A DNA stretch of 64,000 nucleotides from Octopus vulgaris (Eukaryota): assembly GCA_951406725.2 (NCBI GenBank), contig OX597825.1:3038001-3102000 (forward strand). The letters are read 5' to 3'. How positions within the stretch are numbered: position 1 is the first letter of the stretch; each line of letters starts with the position of its first letter. The position numbers and the translations under genes were made by a program. Shown one piece after another: positions 54,770-64,000 of the stretch. Below the pieces are notes generated by a model, which saw only the letters and a program-made list of their open reading frames with translations, was not told the origin of the DNA and ran no database searches.

Positions 54770-55713
54770 GTTTTTTTGAACATTACACATACATAGTTCG
54801 TACGTAAATTTCATTTTCTATATAATGTCAATTTAGCTAAGCGGTCACATAAACTTCTTAAAGTACCTTCTTTGTGTCTCTTGTTGTTTGTACAGTTGGG
54901 AAAATGTGTGATTATGTCTGCACACGTGCGTGTATCTTGCCTTAATGTCTGCTGTAGTATGCCGAGACACAGACCTATATCTATATTGTATGGATTATCG
55001 AGTAAGGAGAGAAAGCCATATACCTTCTATGAAGTATTGAATGATAAATTATTTTAATAAATTACATTTTGATTTGCATATTCTCAATCACTGCTTTCCA
55101 TTTCGATTCGTTTATAAGTATAAAAGTAACAGGTCCAAAACGTTTTGCAGAGATGACAGAGAAGTTCAGGTTTTTATTGATGTGTGCCAATCTGAAGATG
55201 GTCTTCGTTGTCTATAAATATGATGTAAAATTAAGTAAAGAATTAAATGATTAAAAGGTAATATAGAGTCACGTATGTAGATTTTGAAAGATGTAAATGT
55301 TTTGGCTAGAATAATGTAGAAAATCTGCATGTCGACCAGGTCTTTTAATAATATGATTACAAACACATCAAGAAATGAAAATTCGTATTGTTAATTTTTG
55401 ACTGCATAAGACTTAATATAAATATTTATACGTACCTTCAGTAATATGTTATTCGCAGGTTAGTGTTCTACCTTTTGTAACTCCGACGAAATGTTGTAAA
55501 ATAGCAATACGGCATAATTTTGTGTGTTCTACTTCTTAGATATAACGTGGAGAAACTGAAAGTTATTAAGGGAAAAGATGAAGCGATGAAAGCAAAAGTA
55601 ATGAAAAAAAATAATGTCAAATAAATTCCGTTAATCATATCGCATCTTTGTGGGTGTGTTTCTGTAAAGAATGAGTGTATAACTACATATACATATGTAT
55701 GTATGCATGTATG

Positions 55714-55770
<57 letters not shown>

Positions 55771-56699
55771 GCACGCACGTATGTATATATGTATGTGCAT
55801 GTGTGTGTGTTTGTGTGTGTGCGTGTGTGTGTGTGCGAGTTTGTGTATGTGTGTGTGTGTAATGCTGTCGAGTTTTTATTTTCCCTATGTTTGTAAAATA
55901 TCTTAATGCCCGAGTAGCTTGTCATAGTTAGATGAGTCGATGCACATGATGTTTCCCAATCCAGTCTTAATGTTTGTATTCCATTTATTAACGAGGATGC
56001 AAATTGTTTTTCAATTTCCCGATTTCCCACTCGCTCAGCTGAAAGTTAAATATATTTTGCGCGTGATATTCTTTAAACTTTATTTCTAAAGCAGAAGTTT
56101 TCTAACGTAATCGTTGACGTTGTTATGCAATTCTCGAACACGTTTTCCTGAGTAGAGGCTATATCCGTTATTCGATACGAGATCTACCATGCTTTACTTC
56201 CAAATAATAGCACAAATTCTTCTGAAGGAGGACGCCTATTGGTAGTATATACTTCCCTACATATTATTCGATATACAGACAGGCATTTTTCTTAATAATT
56301 GTACGGTTTGTGCCAAGTTCATGATGAAACACCGCTACGAATTATTGTAGAGAATACATCAGTACCACTATTTTCAGCCGTCTGCAAAAGATTGGCAGCA
56401 CTTTTGGTGCTACATTTGACTTTGTTCTTTAAAAATGCAACTTAATTACAGAATCGAATTTTGAATCAAACAGAAAATGCAGATATGCATGTAAATTTTT
56501 TTGTTTTAGTCCGGGCTGTACATCTGCACATGATGTACACTCAGTGTCACTCGTTTCCCAGAAGACTCGCATCTTTCAGGCTGGTAAAAGATTTCCGTCT
56601 CGTAAAAGATTTTTTAACCATGGCAAACCAACTTTAGAGTTCATTTGCCAAATTATACGCCCGTTGATACGTTGCTATTACACGTAACATATATAATAA

Positions 56700-56892
56700 T
56701 TTCTATCACAAGCACAAGACATGAAATTTGAGGGAGGTGACTGTCGATTGCGTCGACTCCAGTACACAACTGGTACTTCTTTTATTGACTTGAAAGGATG
56801 AAATGCAAAGTCGACGTCATCAGAATTTGAACTCAGAACGTAGCAACGGGTGAAATACTGCAAAGCATTTCGTCCAGCGCGCTGACGATTCT
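56700..56892 (-). mobile_element. tRNA-derived SINE (family A, tail type 2)
   Basis: GTCGACTCCAGTACACAACTGGTACT..GAAAGGATGAAATGCAAAGTCGAC..GAATTTGAACTCAGAACGTA matches 3003-3095. Confidence 0.82.
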
Positions 56893-58814
56893 TTCATGTA
56901 ACAAATATAATACCAGATATATAAATAGCGGTTGCTTGGATAATTTCTAAAAATCATAATTTACAGTGTATTGAGAGAGAATGAAGAGATGCTGGGAGAT
57001 TCAAATACTGATAGAAAAAACCTAACATACCAGAAAAACTAAACGCTTTCTCAGTTAAATTTGTCAGAGTCTGTTTCCCGATGGAATACATTTTGATTAC
57101 TTTCTTGGATATACATTATTTCAAATTTAAAAAATAATAATTTGATTAATTTCGTGTTTTTCCAAAGTATTACATATTTTCTCTTGACGATTAGTATTCA
57201 TTTCGTCAATTTTGATGACTAACTAGAAAGTTGCATCGTCATCATTTTGTATGAACAAGGAGCAAGTTAATAAATCTTCAATTATATTTTTTTATGCGCA
57301 CCGTATATCCTGATATTATCAATCATGGCTAAGTTATATATTCAAAGCTAGGAACCGTATGACGGCTGAAAGTCTTCTGAATGATTGAATGATATTTGGA
57401 TATAATTTTCAAAATATAAATGTCTATGAACATCTTTCCTAAATGTGAAAATACGCAAATCGAGAAAAGCAGATGCATATCTTTTTAGTAAACTGAGGGC
57501 AAACACATGTGAATGCGCCCGTAAAAGAAAAAAGAAACAACTTCTGTGCTTCTTTTCGTCGGCTATTACCCGTTCTTTTCAACCTCCAATCAGATGGTAA
57601 GGTTATATATGTAGAACTCACTGCAACTTGCGATAAATACAATAATGAAGATGATGTGTGCATTGTTATTTTTATACTTTATTCCTGCATTGAAACATAT
57701 GTTTTTTTGCATAACACATATCCATTTGCAATAATATTCTTACATACAGAGGATATCATTATATAATATTTGTAATGTCTTTATTTCATGCATATGCTTC
57801 ATCAGGCATTTGGCATTACTGACTTCTTTTTGCTTACCCGATATCTACATTTAATGATATTTATTATTAGACATCAATGAGGGATCTCTGTTAGACTTTC
57901 GGGCTTGCTTCTGACTAGTCATTAGCAAAACACGACGGCTGAAGAGATTTCTGAATGTCCCTGTCAAATCTAATTGCGTTTCTTCATGTTATTTACTTCA
58001 TTTTACCTGTCGGCCTGTCTCAATGTAATGCAACCAATGACCAATATTTGTCCTCCTTTTTTCCTTTCATTCTCTCTGTCTCTTTGTTTCTACATGTCTA
58101 TCTTTCTCTCGTTCCCTCGCCGCTTTTGATATGTATATGTATATCAATGTACATACATAAGATTTACTCCAGAACATGTTTCTTTAAGATATTTCCCTGT
58201 TTGCAATACTTTACGGTGCACAAGTTTCTTGTTTTACTTTTTCACCCATTTTACTACTGTTAAATGAAACAAATGTCTCTTCTCCAATAAATAACTGAAG
58301 AAATTACAGTAACAGCATTAATAATATTATCACTGCTACTCCTATTTCTTAGCAGGTTTTTCTTTTGCTCTATGGCTTATTCTTTGCATCAGAAATGAAA
58401 AATATGTAGTACCATTACACATCTAACATTTGCAATATATTAGCACCTTTAGTATATGTAATCATGTATGAATACAAATATATGCAGAGATGCGGACGCA
58501 CAAAGGAGCCCCAAAAAGAAAAAGCAACAACACATTCTTATTCATTGAGAGATACGTGTATAAAAAAAGAATAGACGAACACAGAGAGATGTCAGCGAAC
58601 TCATAGCACAACAAAGATATTCGCCCGTGCTTATATCATAATATATATAATTTTGTCTATCAATCTACATATGAACATATACATATATGCAAGCCGATAT
58701 GTCTATATATATTCGAGCTGCACGCGCGCACATACACACACACACACATTTATATACATACAATACGTTATTATAATAATAAAAGTAATTTGCTGCTCCG
58801 TCGCCATTTAAGGA

Positions 58815-58862
<48 letters not shown>

Positions 58863-58929
58863 GTCGTCGTCGTCGTCGTCGGCGTCGTCACCATCATCAC
58901 TATCATTATCACCATTAGTATTTGATGAT

Positions 58930-59640
58930 AACTCTCACCTCATGCTGCTGGGTATGACGGAAAGTGTCTGCTTCGACAGCCAGGAGGCTAATGTAGCACT
59001 TGTTTACTGATCATACTTGAGGAACCCCTAGGAGAGTCTTGAAGTTTCAAGCGATGCTGATTTTCGTTGGTGTTCTATCTTTACATTTGTACAAATCATT
59101 TTCAACCTCGTCACCAGTTGAGACTCGATACTTCCAAGCACGCCAATCACTACTGGTTTCCCGTCCCCCACCTGCATATTTCTCATTTCAATTAATCATA
59201 GTTGGTTGCTCAATGTCATAGTTCTTTCTCCTTGATCCTATTATCACCAGGACACACTTTGTCGATAACCAGTCATGTTCTCATTACTTTCTTCTTCATC
59301 ACAGCAACATCAGGTTTGATCATACCGAATCATAGCATCTCACAGCACTTCATTCACAGCAACTCCCTCTTGGATTTGGTCATTTGATGTTTCTTTGATG
59401 AATCTAGACCATCATTTCTACAAAATCCTCAATACACAATTCTTGTCATATTGCTCCATCGTCTTTTGTATTCGTGTTGTGCCAATTTCAAACATTCGCA
59501 ATGTGCCATACTGTGTCACCCTTCTCAACAAATTCTGCTTTTCTCACTCTCAGTTCTGCTATCAATTCTGCACATAACATAGTTTGTCTTCAATGCTTCT
59601 TCGTGTTTCTGTCTTCAGGTCACTCCTCCATATCTATTAG
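58930..59640 (-). mobile_element. R4/Dong-like LINE 3' fragment, decayed
   Basis: Minus strand DLKTET..., EKGDTVWHIA, ECLKLAQHEYKRRW, KPDVAVMKKK, KPVVIGVLGSI; flanked by trinucleotide microsatellites. Confidence 0.72.
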
Positions 59641-59699
59641 CACCAGTCCCCTCTCTCTCTCTCTGTCTCGGGGCTCATATCTATTGGAAACTGACTGTG

Positions 59700-59862
59700 C
59701 ATTTATTATTATTATTATTACTACTACTATTATTATCATCATCATCAATAACGTCATAGTCTTCGTCATCATCATCATCAACAACAACATTATTATTTTT
59801 GTTGTTAGTTATTATTATTATTATTGTTGTTGTTGTTGTTGTTGTTGTTGTTATTATTATTA

Positions 59863-59907
<45 letters not shown>

Positions 59908-59914
59908 ATTATTA

Positions 59915-59945
<31 letters not shown>

Positions 59946-59950
59946 CATCA

Positions 59951-60020
<70 letters not shown>
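59700..60020. repeat. (ATT)n/(GTT)n/(CAT)n microsatellite
   Basis: Directly visible. Confidence 0.97.
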
Positions 60021-60864
60021 CTTTATCAAATTTATTACTATATTTTCCTTTCCCGTTGGTTATTTAGTATAATTGCTAGAAGATACACATCGAATGACAT
60101 AGTGCAGAAGAACCTAAGTGATTTCATACTTTCAACTGCCCGAGGCGCCTCGTTCATTAAATTTCAACATAATAATATATGGGCAAAAAAAAATTACACT
60201 CCATTAAAACTTCGATATATAAGTCGCTAATGATAAAACGAAGGGCTCTGTTATATTTGTGATGGAAAGATGAAAAAAGTTTCGGCGTATGCCTGATATG
60301 AATGTGTATGTGTAACGTAAAGAGAGAAAATTGAAAAGATATACGATTATAGCCATGGAATGGTATTGAATATGGATGTGAAAGTGCTTTTACATATAAA
60401 ATACCTAAGCGTAGTAGTATATATGAATATAATGTGCGATACTGTCATTTCCTTATAACTCGCTATGCTTTTCAAGTACTTAGAAACATATAGTTCAATT
60501 ATACAGAACCTATATAATATACGAGCATTGATAGTGTTCTACTCTGTCTTGAACATATTAGAAAGGTATTACATTTGTGAGATTGCTAATCTTTTCTCTC
60601 ATGCGTTCCACTTTTAAAATTCAAAGATCTGCAGCCGTCGACGAGTTGGTTTGCTGCCGATATAAATTGTTACACCGAATCTCTCTCCACTTTTTGATGT
60701 CATCATCATTATCAACATATTCATATCCATCATCATCGTCGTCAACGTCATCGTCGTCGTCGTCATTGTCAGCATCATCATCATCATCATCATCACAGGT
60801 ATGAAGTACATCGTCGTTATCAATTTTGTTATATCATCATAAACGTTAACGCGGCTAAAGACAA

Positions 60865-61670
60865 CAGCGTGGCAGAAGCATTAGCACGCCGGAAGAAACA
60901 CTTTGTCGTCGTTACATTCTGAGTTCAAATTCAACATTTCCGTTCGATGAAATACATACTTGTCAAGTAGTGAGTTACGTGTAGTGAATTTACCCCTTCC
61001 CATCAAAAACCTTTAGCCTTTTACCAAAATTTGAAACTATTATTCAGATGGTTTTCTGGTATACCTTCTCCGTCGCCCAAAATACTTAGCAGAATTGACT
61101 GTGAGCTCGAAGATCCGAGTTCAAATGCCGCTAAGACTAAGCATCCCTTTGAAAATTTAGCGACTGATAAAAGTAGATATCAGACAAGTAATCTACCGAC
61201 CCCATTCCTCCAGAATTGCTGGTCTTCAGCAAGATTTGAAGGAATTTCAATAATCCATATTATTGCTGATAGTTGTGAAGGCTAGCCAGCAGAAATGTTC
61301 GTACGCGGGGAAAATGTTTCTGGGGCATTTTGTACGTGTCTATGTCCGGAGCTAAAATTCCACTGCAGTGTCCTTTCCTGCCCATCGGAATCGACAAAAT
61401 AAATATCCTTTGGAGACTGCGGTCGATGCAATAAACTAGCTTCCTCATCCTAAATTGCAGGCATTGAACAGATTAATCTTACACATATATCTAATATTGT
61501 TTGGGTTAGCAAATGGAAGACGTCGTTTCAAGTATTCGTTCCTCACTTTACGTACACTCTTCCCCAGATCAATTGATTTTTTGTTGGGATCGATAGCATA
61601 TTACATCACTCAAGTATTTGGACCAATGGACTTCATTAACCCCTTCCATCTCAACTGTAGGATGTTTAAG
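60865..61670 (+). mobile_element. Head-to-tail cluster of 3-4 degenerate family A SINE copies
   Basis: Recurrent GGCAGAAGCATTAGCACGCCGG..TCTGAGTTCAAATT (~60870), TTAGCAG..CCGAGTTCAAATGCCG (~61085), GCAGAAATGTTCGTACGCGG..ACTGCGGTCGATGCAAT (~61290), and a weaker fourth unit at ~61500. Confidence 0.55.
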
Positions 61671-61849
61671 TAAATAGTTCGCAGTAAGATATTTTTATTC
61701 AAGTGAGTTGGTCCTAATACATTAGTTATTAAAACATACATTGCTTTAGATAGCATGTTCAGAAGAATATATGTCTGTATCGAACAATATTGCATGTAGC
61801 ACTTCATATTGTCCAATCAATATACAGATTAGTAATTCTGATAGTAATT

Positions 61850-62000
61850 CTGAAGGAAGGTGTTGATCGATAATTTTGCCCACATCTCTTGATTTCCAGT
61901 ATATTTATTGACATGGGAATGATGAATAGCAAAGCTGACCTCAACGACGTTTTTTAAGCTGAACGTAGACTAATGCAAAGATATAAAGCTAAGCATGTAT
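61850..62000 (-). mobile_element. Degenerate family A SINE in opposite orientation
   Basis: TATTTATTGAC..GAATGATGAATAGCAAAGCTGACCTC..GAACGTAG parallels 3030-3095. Confidence 0.45.
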
Positions 62001-62680
62001 TCTAATTTTGAAGTGCTTCCTTCTCCTCGATATCTGGTAATATGAAAATAAAACCAAAAGAAAAAATAATAATAATTAAAAACTTGTAGTAGGAATGCGG
62101 TGTCCATTTTTGTGGTAATTACTTTGTCGGTAATAATATACCCCTTTTCTTTCATACTGCATTAAGATTATTAGTATTGTTTCCCTTCTCAGAACACTCG
62201 ATTCTGTGAGTATTGTTGTTGTTGTTGTGTATATCTTTCTCGAATGCCATCAATACAGATATAGAAAACTCCATGCAGTACAACATTTGTGATTTATTCC
62301 ACCATGGCAGGAAGAATTTGGTTACACCTCCAGACTAGCTAGCACCAACGGTTGCACAGTTTATTTCATTATGGAAATTATTATCATATTGATATATTTT
62401 AATCGCGTGGGAACGATTCTAACTTTCAACTCAGTCTGTAAATTTTGCTTCTCTTTCTTCACCTACATATGTTTAATGAAATCTTAGAAAATTACTAATT
62501 TTAAATCTCACAACGTCAGATATAGTAATTTTCGTATTTATATCACAGTAATTTTCAAATTTATATCACAACGTGATATATAGTAATTTTGTATTTTATA
62601 GATCAGTGACTAGTTGTCACTTTGAAAACTACATGTTTCGAACGTGAATTTGGCAGCGCCAACTTTAGCCGAACAATTAT

Positions 62681-62725
62681 TCTGTGCTGATGAAGAGAAA
62701 AAAACCGGAAATATCGATACACAGA
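62681..62725 (+). ncRNA. Minimal type I hammerhead ribozyme motif (Penelope-type), stem II degenerate
   Basis: TCTGTG-CTGATGA-agagaaaaaaaccg-GAAA-T-atcg-A-TA-CACAGA: perfect 6-bp stem I, both core boxes, minimal stem III, NUH = AUA. Confidence 0.55.
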
Positions 62726-63340
62726 TATTGTTTTGAGCTGAGTGGGGGTGGTAGATTCCCTTATTCGAAAATATAAGGACACAGATCGCGTATAGCCAGC
62801 TGGAGACGATGTCTCATGGAATTAAATTACAGCAACGTTCGTCCTAAACCTGTACTGTCATGTTATGTACGCAAACAAACTTTGCAACAATGATGGGTTA
62901 GTTGGACAATATTTCATATCGTATACAAACACATTTAAATTTAGAAAAATAAAAAAAATTAGTACGGTTTTGAGAACAATGTCACCAACTCAAACTCATA
63001 CAAATAAGGATGAAATAAATCCTAATATCATAGCTTTATGTAAATACACAAGTTCTAAGAAAACTTGCTTGTTACTATGGCAATGAGAACAGGAAAAAGC
63101 AGTTACAAAATAAAATAAACAGGAATTGAAAAGAGACAGTGAACATCAATTGAGAAAACACCTGAATGGTGGAAGGATGATGTTTTCATGATACAAACAA
63201 GCTTCCTGCGCCTTGGGTTATAAAAGAATATGTGAAACATAAACACCTGTCCCTCCCGTCAGGTTGTTTATAAGATTTACTAATTATCCCATTTTCAAAA
63301 TATAATGATATTTGCTTCTTTGCCCTCTTCTTTCTGACTG

Positions 63341-63373
<33 letters not shown>

Positions 63374-63494
63374 TTCTCTCTGTTTATATCTCTCTCATCA
63401 TCATATATATATATATAGACATACACACACATAAACATACATATAGGTAGACATATATCGAGACAGATAAATGTAGATACACCCATTCACACAA

Positions 63495-63555
<61 letters not shown>

Positions 63556-64000
63556 GTGTGTGTGTATTTCAGTGTGTGTATATCTGTGTGCGTTTGTGTT
63601 TGTGTTGCTGAGTCGGTATGCATATATTAATATATAAATACATATACAAATGTGAGCATATATACACATGGAAATTCATACATTTATATATGTTTGTGTG
63701 AGTGTGTATATGTGTGTATATATGTATATATATATATGTGTGTGTCTACACATACACACACGAACACATCAAGATCAAAAGCCATCTTCCACACGCACAT
63801 ACCTACTCTCTTGTACACACGCACGCGCACCTTCATTTGGGGATCACCATTACTTTATCTCCCCTTCTTCCTAGCTCTCACGTATGACCCTTCCGTCCGG
63901 CATTAGCCACGATAGATCGCTAGCCACGACACATTCTTTATTTTCGCTCCTTGTTTTTTTCTGTGTCCCTTTTTGTATATATATATATATATATATATAT

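Noticed and set aside
57361-57957. Repeated GACGGCTGAA...TCTGAATG motif ~570 bp apart
   Set aside because: Only ~25 bp of imperfect similarity with no extension.

Overview
AT-rich eukaryotic genomic DNA dense in microsatellites, with one 100-N scaffold gap. The SINE, LINE and mariner families and the (TA)/(CA)/(AAT) load look like a coleoid cephalopod (Octopus-type) genome; this is inferred from recalled repeat families, not from a search. I found no intact protein-coding gene, rRNA, tRNA or CRISPR array. Nearly all supplied ORFs are microsatellite translations or transposon debris. The window is best read as intergenic or large-intron sequence. It carries several tRNA-derived SINEs, four R4/Dong-like LINE fragments, a Penelope (Naiad-type) RT fragment, an L1/Tx1-like ORF1 relic, several Tc1/mariner-superfamily relics, hAT and piggyBac relics, and one or two solo-LTR-like elements. 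The more unusual observations are: a decayed ORF resembling the TFIIA large-subunit N-terminus, head-to-head with a piggyBac relic; an old ~600-bp-arm inverted repeat enclosing ~2.3 kb; a young duplication-plus-inversion rearrangement; a minimal hammerhead-ribozyme motif; a SINE and an ORF1-only LINE derivative sharing a 3' tail; and a CpG-rich candidate first exon. All alignments were done by eye and need confirmation.
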